This document shows, piece after piece, positions 1 through 9,675 of a stretch of 64,000 nt of DNA; position 1 is the stretch's first letter, and every line of letters begins with the position of its first letter. The translations under genes and the position numbers were made by a program. The notes beneath the pieces are model-generated. The model had not been told where the DNA came from. It saw only the letters and a list, made by a program, of their open reading frames with translations, and ran no database searches. Source of the stretch: Candidatus Hydrogenedentota bacterium (GTDB lineage Bacteria > Hydrogenedentota > Hydrogenedentia > Hydrogenedentales > SLHB01). Location of the stretch: positions 23,038 through 87,037 of the forward strand of contig CAXXTH010000013.1 in NCBI GenBank assembly GCA_963668025.2. The letters are read 5' to 3'.

Positions 1-2
1 GG

Positions 3-146
3 GAGCTGGAGGCCATCAAGGCGCAGGCGGCCGGGAAACCGGTCTTTGGATTCTACAGCAGCGGTGAAATCGGCCTGCGCCCAGGCTCGAAGACCCCGGA
101 AGGAGTCGGGTTGCATCTTTCCACCTGCGCCCTGCTGCGGCCATGA
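3..146 (+). CDS. 3' end of FIST C-domain protein (partial, runs off the window start)
   Basis: Frame 3 reads ELEAIKAQAAGKPVFGFYSSGEIG...ALLRP*. GFYSxGEI is the typical FIST_C motif. TGA at 144-146. Confidence 0.7.
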   Translation, partial: ELEAIKAQAAGKPVFGFYSSGEIGLRPGSKTPEGVGLHLSTCALLRP

Positions 147-522
147 GTATGTGGTTACTACATGAAACATCGCGCTTCGGAGCACTTGTCGGCGGCCCCC
201 GAGGCGCGGTTCATATGGTGTCACTGCCCGGTTGGTCAGTATCATCCTAGTCCTCTAAGCTATGACTGACCACATATAGGGACACAAAGAGACCTTCTTT
301 ATGTCCTGCCGTCTATTTTGCTATGAATATTCATCGGATATTTCCAATGAAAGAAGCTCTATGAGTGACTTATCATGTACAGACAGAGAGCGAGGCTTCC
401 AGTAAGATGACATTTCCAGTAATACGAAAGCGATCCGGAAATGACATGAACGAAGAAGGCCTAACAAGTATGCTGTCGCATTACGGTGCGTATACCTGTG
501 TGGAAAGGACTAGGAATGGGAG

Positions 523-1419
523 ATGCGCGGTATGGAACACACGCCTGATGAGTTTGAGAGCATAATGCGTCAAATCGATGATGAGCTCGGGAAGCAAGGA
601 GTACCGGTTTTCAAGAGGCCATTAGTGGCGGCAACAAAATATCCCTGCAAAAACAAACTTATAGGTAACTTTGAACCTGATCCGCGTATGGGATCCTATG
701 AAGGGCCAAATCTTTTTGTTAGTATAGATAAGTGGTACAAAAAATACTATCCAGTTCACTCAGTTCTCCCCGATAGGCTTCATACACGTATTGTGCTCCT
801 GCGTGGCGAGCCATTTCGTCTACGTATTCCGTACGTCTTCAACGCTTTTGGGAAACTGAAAGTATTCGATTACCTTGAGGACGTATCACCAGCGCTTCTT
901 GATTTGATTGATGAACGGCAGCGTTTAATCCTGCAAAGGAGGTTCGATGTATTCTGTAGGGAAACATCGAATATATTGTTGTGTATTGCAGTTACCAAAA
1001 CTGCCGAAAAAACTCTTGTACCACAACTCCTTAAGGCTGGATGGGCAGACCTAAAGTCTTGTGGCGGTGGATTCAACCGACAAGATCCTGGATCGACGCT
1101 GTTCCCTGCCCAGCAAGCAACAGAGAAATACTTGAAAGCTTATCTTCTTTTCAGAGACGACTCCGTTACCGAGAAAGACCTTAAAGGGAAATATGGGCAC
1201 AAAATAGAGGAGTTGCTCTCAGCGTGTGCTGCTATTTCCGCAGAATTCGAGCAAGTCTTGCCCGATATAGATCGGCTTTCTTTTGACCAAGGAGTCCGAT
1301 ACCAACGACCCAATCTTACATTACATGATATTGTAGATAGAATAGATCTCTCCCATTCTATCTGCAACCTGATTGCAAGTCTATTGATTAAGCTACAGAA
1401 AAGCGGCTACACGTGTTAA
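523..1419 (+). CDS. HEPN domain-containing protein with an unknown N-terminal region
   Basis: C-terminal FPAQQATEKYLKAYL...GHKIEELL...VRY matches the PF05168-type HEPN signature. The start may be ATG at 532. Confidence 0.75.
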   Translation: MRGMEHTPDEFESIMRQIDDELGKQGVPVFKRPLVAATKYPCKNKLIGNFEPDPRMGSYEGPNLFVSIDKWYKKYYPVHSVLPDRLHTRIVLLRGEPFRLRIPYVFNAFGKLKVFDYLEDVSPALLDLIDERQRLILQRRFDVFCRETSNILLCIAVTKTAEKTLVPQLLKAGWADLKSCGGGFNRQDPGSTLFPAQQATEKYLKAYLLFRDDSVTEKDLKGKYGHKIEELLSACAAISAEFEQVLPDIDRLSFDQGVRYQRPNLTLHDIVDRIDLSHSICNLIASLLIKLQKSGYTC

Positions 1420-1630
1420 TTCTGAAAGATACTACTTGCGGCAGGAAAAAACGCAAATACGATGTGATGACAGTTTCATTACTGGCCCTACCACGGACAA
1501 GACGTCAACTCGAAATTGTCTTTCATCAGACAACGATGGCCGTCTTGCAGTGGCAAGTTGCTGTAGTGCCCGATCAGGTGGCTCTGCATATAGGCCTGCG
1601 GCGGATAACTGTGTCGGTTTTTCCGTAGAA

Positions 1631-1703
1631 TTCGTGGTGAACCTCTTTGTGACTTGGTGGTGAATTGTCCGGATAGTTCACCACCAAGACACCACGACAC
1701 GAA
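1631..1703. repeat. REP-like inverted repeat
   Basis: cttggtggtgaa (1653-1664) and ttcaccaccaag (1677-1688) are perfect 12-bp arms, with outer ttcgtg/cacgaa. Shares cacYaagacac units with the 22.7/23.1 kb elements. Confidence 0.6.
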
Positions 1704-1868
1704 GAAAAAAACCGGATTCAAACGCGCCTGGTTATTCATGAATCGAAATCCCTCTCAATTGAAAAGCGGCGAAATGCATCAAGCATAAACACCGCTATTC
1801 AAGAAACAACTCTTCGACATGATCGAGCAGGCCTTGGACCCACGGCTTCATCGGTTAAGTTCTTCTTC

Positions 1869-3995
1869 CTATTTTTGTAGTAAAAAAATGCGCGTCTCGC
1901 CGGGCGCGAAGGGTGCATGGGCCGCGCCGGTTATTGTATCACCCGCTGGCAGGATGGGCTGCCCCGTTACGCCTTCGGGCAGGATGATTTCCTTTTCACC
2001 GCCTTCGCCGTAGTGGACAAACAGGGTGCGGCCGTCGCATTGGACTGCGCCGCCTTGAGCGGCCCAGCGGTGCGCGCCGAGGCGGGCGAGGAGCTTGCCG
2101 GCCATTTCATCCGTGAGCTTCGCGCTGCCGATGAACACGGAGGTATGGCGGCCATGCTGCTTGATCGCGGCGGATACGCCTCCGCCGTGCTGGTAGGTTC
2201 CGAGGACGGCGGCTTCCGCATCGGCGCACGCAATCCGTGGCGTTAGGAACAAGTCTTCGCCCCAAGTGCATCCTTCGAGGCTTCCCGCGCCTGTGCTGGC
2301 CATGGGGCCGCTGTCCGCCGCCAAGGCCATGCCGGTGAGCTGGGTTGCTCCCGCCAGGCTGGGCTTGCCATCGAGCAGATAACCTGGTGCGTATTGCCAC
2401 ACCGCCGCCGCGCCTTCCTCGTCGAGGCGCGCGAGGATGCGCTCGATGCGCGCCGCGTCCACGGCGAAAAGGTCCGGGAACCAATAGACGCCGCATTTGG
2501 GCGTCTGGCCCGCCAAGAAGTCTTTGAGGTAATAATAGCCACAGGTGACGCCCGAGCGCCCGAAGACCTCGCGGGCCTTTCGGCACATAAAGTCGTAGAT
2601 GGGGCTGTAGCATGCCTGGCCTTCAATGGCGGGGTAGTTCAGGTAATTCAGCGAGGCTTCATCGACGATGACAGCCACATCGGGTGTGTAGGGGGCTGGC
2701 GCTTCGATAAGGGTGTCGTAAAGCGGGGAGAGCGTTTCCTTGATTCGCCGCCAGACGACGGGATCGGCATAGGCTCCGGCTGCGATGAGGTCCATCCACC
2801 AAGTGCCGCAGCGGTGGGTGAGGAGGCCGCCGAATTCGCGCGTGATGACGCCTAGGGTTTCCGCCTGATCTTTGGCGCGCGGGCCAAGGCCGGACTCGGT
2901 GATCCATTCGGGCAGCGAGGAGATATCGAGTATGTCCGTACGATAGTCGTTTTCGACCAGCCACAGTTTTCCGTTCACGGGCAACGAGTCAATGGCGGTC
3001 ATGAAGCCGCCCGAGCCGCCCGGCTGGCGGTCCATGTAGGAGAGGGGGCTCACGAAGATATCGGCGTCCGGGCACTCGATGGCGGTCTCCATGTCGAAAT
3101 GCCCCGAGGTGGCCCCGTGCATCTCGAAGAAATAGCCGTAAAAGAGCAGCACGAGCTTGTTCGGCCCCGCCGTCTGCTTGGTGAGGGTGGCGAGGCTCAT
3201 GACGCGGCGCGCCATCAGTTCATTCGTGTAGAAATGGAAGTCGCACAGCGGCTGCTGTTCGGGTAAAGCAAGAAACGAGGCGAACGGCGCATCAAGCAAG
3301 CCGCATGGGGCGCTGGCGAGTCCGGGCATGGGGGGGAGCATGGCGGTGTCCAGTGTGACACGGTCATCGCCCCACGCGGCTTGCAGCGCGCCATCATCGC
3401 CATACCGCGCCGTGAGCCACCGCCGGAACGCTTGCGCGTTCACGGCGCTGTAGTCTGGGCCTTTCAGCCAATACTCGTAGTGAAACCATTCGCCCGTGTT
3501 CTGGCCGCAGGGATGGTAGCCGATGATGCGTTCTGCGAAGCGGCTGTTTTCGAAATGGCGGATGGCGCGCGCATAGCTTTCCGTGAGGGTATTCCACCAT
3601 AGTTCCGAGGCGAGGCAGGTCATGTCCGCCTTCGAGCCATCGGCATGCTGAACCAATTCATTGGGATGCTCCGCCATCCATGCCGCCGAGCCTTCGGTGC
3701 GCAAACGGGGAATAAACAACGCATCGGGATCAGCTTCCAGGAAGGCGTCGAAGAAGGCCTCGCCTCGAGCGTAGACGGCCTCCTCTGATTCGCCGGGCCA
3801 CGGCCAAGGCACACAGAGCGAGTAGAGGTGTACGCCCGCTTCCGACGCGAGTTTCACTTGCGGCGTGAGGAATTTCCGCCCGGTTTCCACTTCGGTATTG
3901 AAGAAGAAGATCAGGGGGCGGGTGGGCTTGCCGTTGATTTGAAGCACAGGGGTTCCCTGCTGCATCACTATATTTGCGTCTAGTTTGCTGTTCAT
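1869..3995 (-). CDS. GH42-like (beta-galactosidase-family) glycoside hydrolase, no signal peptide
   Basis: 708 aa. AFRRWLTARYG..ALQAAWG is a GH42-like motif; IIGYH..GEW also present. Paralogue of the 4014-6230 gene. Confidence 0.7.
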   Translation of the reverse strand: MNSKLDANIVMQQGTPVLQINGKPTRPLIFFFNTEVETGRKFLTPQVKLASEAGVHLYSLCVPWPWPGESEEAVYARGEAFFDAFLEADPDALFIPRLRTEGSAAWMAEHPNELVQHADGSKADMTCLASELWWNTLTESYARAIRHFENSRFAERIIGYHPCGQNTGEWFHYEYWLKGPDYSAVNAQAFRRWLTARYGDDGALQAAWGDDRVTLDTAMLPPMPGLASAPCGLLDAPFASFLALPEQQPLCDFHFYTNELMARRVMSLATLTKQTAGPNKLVLLFYGYFFEMHGATSGHFDMETAIECPDADIFVSPLSYMDRQPGGSGGFMTAIDSLPVNGKLWLVENDYRTDILDISSLPEWITESGLGPRAKDQAETLGVITREFGGLLTHRCGTWWMDLIAAGAYADPVVWRRIKETLSPLYDTLIEAPAPYTPDVAVIVDEASLNYLNYPAIEGQACYSPIYDFMCRKAREVFGRSGVTCGYYYLKDFLAGQTPKCGVYWFPDLFAVDAARIERILARLDEEGAAAVWQYAPGYLLDGKPSLAGATQLTGMALAADSGPMASTGAGSLEGCTWGEDLFLTPRIACADAEAAVLGTYQHGGGVSAAIKQHGRHTSVFIGSAKLTDEMAGKLLARLGAHRWAAQGGAVQCDGRTLFVHYGEGGEKEIILPEGVTGQPILPAGDTITGAAHAPFAPGETRIFLLQK

Positions 3996-4013
3996 GTGGA
4001 TTTCCTTATGTTT

Positions 4014-6230
4014 CTATTGAACCGGAGAGAGTTCCAGCCAGGCCGATTCGTCTCGTTCTAGTTGGAGTTCCACAAGGCCGCCTTCTTGTTTCACGAGCGT
4101 TCCGCTGATTACCGAGGCTTTTATCCCTTCGGGCAGGCGGATGGCCAGCGGCCCGGCAGCGCTACGGTGGACCTCTAATGTGCGGCCGTCGCATTGCACG
4201 ATGGAATCATCGGATGTCCAAATATGCGCGCCTGCCTGCTCGAATACTTTCCGCATCACCGAGGGTGTCAAAGCGATATCGGCGAGGTAAACACTCTGGA
4301 AGCCATCGGATTTTTTGCGTGCCGCGGAGATAGCGCCATCACTGTCGTAACGGCCCATTACTTCCGCTTCGGGGTCTTCCACCACGGGGCGCGGCGAGAC
4401 GTTCTCCGCCCAGCCCCATGCCATTCCGGCCAGCAGCCCTTCGCCAGTGCTGCCTTGTACGCCTGACTTGGAAGCGGTTTTGATACCCGTGAGCGATTCG
4501 CACCGCGCGGCGTCAAAACCTTTTGGGCCGTAAGCGTTCGGCGCGTAGACCCAAAGGGCGGTGGCCTGTTCTTTCGCTAGGCGCGCCCGTATTTGGGTGG
4601 TTTGCTCGGTTGTGAGCCAATTCGTGTTGGGGAAGAGATAGGCCTTGCACGGCGGTACGACGCCATCAATGAAATCCTTGAGCGTGTAGAAGCCGGCTGT
4701 CACCCCGGCCTTCATGGAGATATTGCGCATTTCGAAGAGGAGATGGTTGTAGGCATCCCAATCGCTTTTGTAAATGGCTTTTGAACGTTCATCTACGATA
4801 AAGGCCACATCGGGATGGTAGGGTGATGGATTATCATATATACGCTTGTAGAGGGGCATGCGGGCTTTCATCAGCGCCCATTGGGCGGGATCATTGAACG
4901 CACCGCCCGCGAGGAGGTCCATCCACCAAGTGCCTGCGCGGTGGGTGAAGGCGTTGCCCAGGTTGCGGCCCAGCATGCCGAGGGTTTCTTGCATGTCTTT
5001 GGCTTGGCCGCCACACCATAAGCTGATCGATGGAGGTACTTTTTTGATGTCAAGCACGCTCGTGCGGCTGTCGTCCTCGTTGAACCACAGCTTGCCGTGG
5101 GCGGAAATGCTGTCCACCGGCGACATGAAACCGCCGGGATCGCCGCCCACGCGGCCCATATAGGTGTAGGGGCTGGCGAGGATATCCACCTCCGGGCATG
5201 CAAGGACGCGGTCTAGGCGGCTGTGGCCGGAGAAACTGCCGCATAGCTCGAAAGTGTAGCCATAAAAGAACGCCGCCAGTTTTTTACTTTGCGTTTCCTG
5301 CTTGATGAGCTTGGCCCAATCGATGATGCGTTCCGCGGTAATGTCGCTCACATACAGAGAATAGTCAATCCAGTCTTGTTCTTTTGGGAGTTGATAAAAC
5401 ATCTCGACGGTAAGGCCTTTTTCGGTCTCGATGCCATGCATGGGAAAGCGGCCAGGCTCCGTAGGGGGCATGCTGGCCGTATCGAGCGTAATGTCCGTGC
5501 GGCCCCAGGCGGCTTGCAAGGCTTCGTCCGTCTTGTATTGTTCCCGCAGCCAAATTCGGAAACGCGCTTGGTTCACGGGGCTGTAATCCGGGCCTTTTTC
5601 GCGGTATTTATCAGCGAACATTTCATGCTCGGGGCCGCCTACATGGTAGCCGATGATCCGGTTCCCGTAAGGGCTTTCCTCGACGTGGCGGATGTCATTT
5701 GCTAACTGGTTATTTGTAAGATCCCAAAAAAAACTGGACGCCATGGAAATGAAGTTGTGGGTTCCATCCGCGAAGAGGGATAGCTCCGATTCCGGTATGG
5801 ATTTCCATTCGGCCCAGAATGGCCATGGTCCGGGAAACATGCGCAGGAGAAACACGGCTTGCGGGTCCGCTTCGAGAATGGCCGCGACATCGTTATCCGC
5901 ACGCGTATACAGAACAGCTTTTCCATCATCGGAACGTTCCACCCGGAACGGGAAGGAGTAGAGATGGACCCCCGCATCGCGGGCCAGCGCCACTTGCGAA
6001 CGCAGGAATTCGCGTGAGTATTCGCCGGGGATATCGGTGTTGGGGAAAAACACCAGCGGCAAATAGGGAGCGTTATTCAATGTGAGAAGCGGAACGCCGT
6101 TTTTGATTTGTATGGATGCTTGCTCGATGGAGGCTGGAGGGGTTTGGGCGGTTACGGTTGCACATAATGTGAGCATGGCGGATATGCAAAGCAGGTGATA
6201 ACCATGGTGAATGGAGTGGATGATGGACAT
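4014..6230 (-). CDS. GH42-like glycoside hydrolase, secreted
   Basis: 738 aa with an N-terminal signal peptide (LLCISAMLTLCATVTA-Q). Motif RFRIWLREQY..ALQAAWG. Shares KGPDYS and GTWWMDL blocks with 1869-3995. Confidence 0.7.
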   Translation of the reverse strand: MSIIHSIHHGYHLLCISAMLTLCATVTAQTPPASIEQASIQIKNGVPLLTLNNAPYLPLVFFPNTDIPGEYSREFLRSQVALARDAGVHLYSFPFRVERSDDGKAVLYTRADNDVAAILEADPQAVFLLRMFPGPWPFWAEWKSIPESELSLFADGTHNFISMASSFFWDLTNNQLANDIRHVEESPYGNRIIGYHVGGPEHEMFADKYREKGPDYSPVNQARFRIWLREQYKTDEALQAAWGRTDITLDTASMPPTEPGRFPMHGIETEKGLTVEMFYQLPKEQDWIDYSLYVSDITAERIIDWAKLIKQETQSKKLAAFFYGYTFELCGSFSGHSRLDRVLACPEVDILASPYTYMGRVGGDPGGFMSPVDSISAHGKLWFNEDDSRTSVLDIKKVPPSISLWCGGQAKDMQETLGMLGRNLGNAFTHRAGTWWMDLLAGGAFNDPAQWALMKARMPLYKRIYDNPSPYHPDVAFIVDERSKAIYKSDWDAYNHLLFEMRNISMKAGVTAGFYTLKDFIDGVVPPCKAYLFPNTNWLTTEQTTQIRARLAKEQATALWVYAPNAYGPKGFDAARCESLTGIKTASKSGVQGSTGEGLLAGMAWGWAENVSPRPVVEDPEAEVMGRYDSDGAISAARKKSDGFQSVYLADIALTPSVMRKVFEQAGAHIWTSDDSIVQCDGRTLEVHRSAAGPLAIRLPEGIKASVISGTLVKQEGGLVELQLERDESAWLELSPVQ

Positions 6231-6304
6231 AGCTATTTCCTTTTTGAGTTGTGGCCTTAAAGAGATATCACTAATGTAAAACGTGTTTTATTCATGCCTG
6301 GCGA

Positions 6305-7873
6305 TTATGCAAGCCCTGTTTCAGCAGCCTCTTTGCGTGCATCCAATTCGGCCCGGATGCGGCGTGCAGTGGCCTCGGTGATGGGGAAGCGCCAAGCGAG
6401 ATACATCGCCACCAGCAGCATGATGACCGGGATCAGAATAAATAAGAGGCGGAGATTGACAAGTGTCTGCGCCGTGACGGCCTCTCCATCTTTGTAACCG
6501 GCCCATACGAGCATATAGCCCGCCAGGATCGTGATGCATGCGGACGACGCTTTGGTGATGAAGGTATACGCCGCGCCGAACATGCCTTCACGGCGCATGC
6601 CGTTGCGCAATTCATCCTCGTCGCAAATATCGGCCAGTATCGAGCCATTCAGCACCCACACGGTCATGAGGCCTGGCTGTAGCAAAATCATGAAAATGAT
6701 TTGCAGCCAAGGGTATTGCGGTGTGAACAGCCACCAGGTGGCGAGGTATCCTACGATGGCGATGAGCAAGCCGCATATAATGGTCATCTTCTTGCCGATG
6801 ACGCGCGATGCCAGCGCCACCAAGGGGGCCGAAAAGATGCAGGCAATGGCTTGAACCATGCCGACCCATCCGCCCCAAAACGCGCCAGCCTCCTTGTCTC
6901 CATCACAAATATAGTAAATGTTAATATAGAGGTTCATCGGACCCGCCACCATCACCGCGAGCAATATGAGGACTACTACGCCGGTGATTATTCTAAATGG
7001 CATATTTTCGAGTGTCATCCACGCTGCTTTGATTAGGCCGAGCTTGGGTTGCTCCATGCCTTCCGCGCGCTCACGGTTCATGAATGCGGAAGGAAGCGCG
7101 GTAGCGAGGATTATCACGCCCGCCAGCACCCCCACCCAGCGCACCCCGATGATTTCATTTTTTTCTGGCCCGGCGAAGATAGGATGGAAAGCGAGTTTAT
7201 AGAACCAAGGGAAGATGAATCCGGCTGAACCGGCAAGCACGGCATTAATGGCGAAAAGGGTGGTGCGTTCGTGGTAGTCCGTGCTCAGTTCATACCCCAA
7301 GGCGGCGCGGGGGACGGCGAAGATGGTATATGCGGCATAATATACGAGTGAAAAGAGCAGGAAATACAAGAAGATTCCGATGTCGCCAAAGCCGCGAGGC
7401 GGCATCCAAATAAGCGCAAATGAAAAAGCGCATAGGATGGCCCCTATAAAGATGTAGGGGCGGCGGCGCCCCCAGCGGGTGCGGGTGTTATCGGATATAT
7501 TGCCCATGATCGGATCGGTGATGGCGTCGAAGATTCGGGGGATGGCTAAGGCGTAGCCGATCAGAATGGGACTTAGGCCCAGACTTATATTGTAGATGGG
7601 CAATGCCAGGGCGTTGATGCCATTGGTCATGAACTGGTCCGCGATGCTCCCCGCGGCCCAACTGAGCTTTTGCGAAAGAGGAACTTGGGCATGCGGCTTA
7701 GGTGTGGATTCGCTGGGAATCTCAATGGGTATTACGGAGGATTCACACGCTTCAGGGCCGCTCACTGGTTCGCTTCTCCTTGCGTTATTCCGTGCGGGCT
7801 CGACAGCGCCCCGCATGGAGCTTTGCTGCTGAATAGCAGCATCATTGTCCATATTTGAGATTCCAGACGCCAT
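6305..7873 (-). CDS. Glycoside-pentoside-hexuronide (MelB-like) MFS sugar:cation symporter
   Basis: DAITDPIMGNISDNTRTRWGRRRPY and ADICDEDELRNGMRREG are GPH-family motifs; multiple TM segments. Start position uncertain. Confidence 0.9.
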   Translation of the reverse strand: MASGISNMDNDAAIQQQSSMRGAVEPARNNARRSEPVSGPEACESSVIPIEIPSESTPKPHAQVPLSQKLSWAAGSIADQFMTNGINALALPIYNISLGLSPILIGYALAIPRIFDAITDPIMGNISDNTRTRWGRRRPYIFIGAILCAFSFALIWMPPRGFGDIGIFLYFLLFSLVYYAAYTIFAVPRAALGYELSTDYHERTTLFAINAVLAGSAGFIFPWFYKLAFHPIFAGPEKNEIIGVRWVGVLAGVIILATALPSAFMNRERAEGMEQPKLGLIKAAWMTLENMPFRIITGVVVLILLAVMVAGPMNLYINIYYICDGDKEAGAFWGGWVGMVQAIACIFSAPLVALASRVIGKKMTIICGLLIAIVGYLATWWLFTPQYPWLQIIFMILLQPGLMTVWVLNGSILADICDEDELRNGMRREGMFGAAYTFITKASSACITILAGYMLVWAGYKDGEAVTAQTLVNLRLLFILIPVIMLLVAMYLAWRFPITEATARRIRAELDARKEAAETGLA

Positions 7874-8176
7874 AACAATCTGTTTTGATGCTAGTACGAT
7901 CTAGCTTGAACTATGCAATTGAGGCAACAGGTAATTACCATCATAGATGCTAATTTTGTGCTAGTTCTTGCCATATCGTTAAGGCGCGTTTGCTCCCGCC
8001 ACGATATGATGAGGATTGCCACGGGCCGAAAAGAAGCGTAGTGGGCCTTATTGAGGGAGGTAAGCAGAAAGCCTTGGATGGCATGCAGGCCTGGCTCGCG
8101 TGCAATAGGCTGGCGCGTGTAGTGTGTTTACTTTTTGGCGATTGTGAGAACCAGTAACGAGGGAAAGGAAGCAATC

Positions 8177-9622
8177 ATGTGTAGAAAAGTCATGTACATG
8201 CTGGCGATAGCGCTATGGATCAGCGCGGCCGCGCCGGTGTGGGCGGAAGAGGGTGTTAATGAATGGTCCTTCAATACAGACGGATATTATGTGGATGGCG
8301 ATTACCGAGCGGTGGACGGTTGGAATTCCGACTGGAACAACGTAACTAAAGATTCTTTCACGGCCTCTGGTGGATATCTTACTTATGAGTTGACCGGCCT
8401 CGGCCAGCATATCGTGAATCGCTGGGGATGCAGCATCGATGCGAGCGTCAACCGCTGGCTGGTGCTGGATATTGGCCTTGCCGCATCATCGCCTGCCGGA
8501 TCCGGTTCATCCACAAACGCGCTTAAGTTCAATTTCCTGTGGGGGCGTGAAGAAGATGGTTCGCCCGCCAATGGCTGCCAGCTTGCTGTCGAGGCGAATG
8601 CAGGGGTCAATCGGATTGTAGTCGATCTGTTAGCGGCCACCACTGCGGGGTATTGCAGTTCGTGGGGCGCGCAATGGGGCGGCACGGTCACCATTCTGCG
8701 TTTCGACCTTCCGGCATGGAACCAGGGCCTAAATGGAACGGTGAAGATCGATTACGTCGGTATCTTGCCGGATAATCCAGGTTATGAATGGGATTTCGAT
8801 GAAGATGGCAAGGAAGCATGGTCTGAGACCTGGGACGCAGGCGCGGTGGTGTCCGCCTCTAGCGGGAATCTCGTAATCGATTTTGCGGATATCGCGGGCT
8901 TCAATCCTTTGGTTCGCAATCTGTACAACAATGTGGACGGCCTTCCGTATGATTTCGTAAATAACGCGTATGAGAATGCCTGGTTTAATCCGATGCAAGT
9001 GATCATCAATCCGGAGCAGCACCGGTATTGGCGCTTTGACATCGATATGGACCACGCCACGAATGATCCAGTTCCGTTTAATGCGAATTTCCAGATGCAA
9101 AATGACGATTTGGGTGGGGCCACATTTAACGTGACGCCCAATGTAGGTAAAAAGACCTATATCGTCGATATGGCCAATTCAGCGAATATTTATCCCGAGG
9201 GCGGCTCGGCCGCATGGGCGGGCGGATATGGCGCGATCAAAGTGTTGCGCATCGAGCCGTGTGAAAACTTAGATTATGCCGCATGCGCTGTTTCCGAAGT
9301 GCGGATAGACTATATGTCCCTCACGGATGGTTCCGGTGATGCGGACAGCGATGGATTGGGCGACGCGGACGAATTGGGTGCCAACACGGATCCGGGCAAT
9401 CCCGACACGGATGGCGATGGCCTGAATGATGGCGACGAAGCTGCTGTTGGTTCCGATCCGTTGGATGAAGATACGGACGACGACGGATTACTGGATGGCG
9501 TGGATCCCAATCCGCTCGTGCCAGGTGGCCAAGAGGATGTCCCCGTGGCGGGCGTCTTCGCGCTGGCGTTGCTGGGCGCTGCCATGATGGCGGGCGCCGT
9601 GGTTAAGACGGTCAAAAAATAA
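8177..9622 (+). CDS. Secreted surface protein: two tandem CBM-like domains, TSP3-like Ca-binding repeats, C-terminal anchor
   Basis: RBS aaggaag before ATG 8177. Signal peptide ending APVWA. Repeats DSDGLGDADE / DTDGDGLNDGDE / DTDDDGLLDG. Tail DVPVAG-hydrophobic-KTVKK. Confidence 0.75.
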   Translation: MCRKVMYMLAIALWISAAAPVWAEEGVNEWSFNTDGYYVDGDYRAVDGWNSDWNNVTKDSFTASGGYLTYELTGLGQHIVNRWGCSIDASVNRWLVLDIGLAASSPAGSGSSTNALKFNFLWGREEDGSPANGCQLAVEANAGVNRIVVDLLAATTAGYCSSWGAQWGGTVTILRFDLPAWNQGLNGTVKIDYVGILPDNPGYEWDFDEDGKEAWSETWDAGAVVSASSGNLVIDFADIAGFNPLVRNLYNNVDGLPYDFVNNAYENAWFNPMQVIINPEQHRYWRFDIDMDHATNDPVPFNANFQMQNDDLGGATFNVTPNVGKKTYIVDMANSANIYPEGGSAAWAGGYGAIKVLRIEPCENLDYAACAVSEVRIDYMSLTDGSGDADSDGLGDADELGANTDPGNPDTDGDGLNDGDEAAVGSDPLDEDTDDDGLLDGVDPNPLVPGGQEDVPVAGVFALALLGAAMMAGAVVKTVKK

Positions 9623-9640
9623 GGACGCATTTCGTTTGTT

Positions 9641-9675
9641 GGTGGCGCGGCTGGAATAAATCTAGCCGCGTCACC
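9641..9675. terminator. Hairpin between convergent genes, probable terminator
   Basis: ggtggcgcggctgga-ataaa-tctagccgcgtcacc followed by attttattt; overlaps the AraC stop codon. Confidence 0.6.

Noticed and set aside
1413-1739. Short overlapping ORFs after the HEPN gene as a possible antitoxin
   Set aside because: No nucleotidyltransferase or HTH motif, and they overlap a palindromic repeat.
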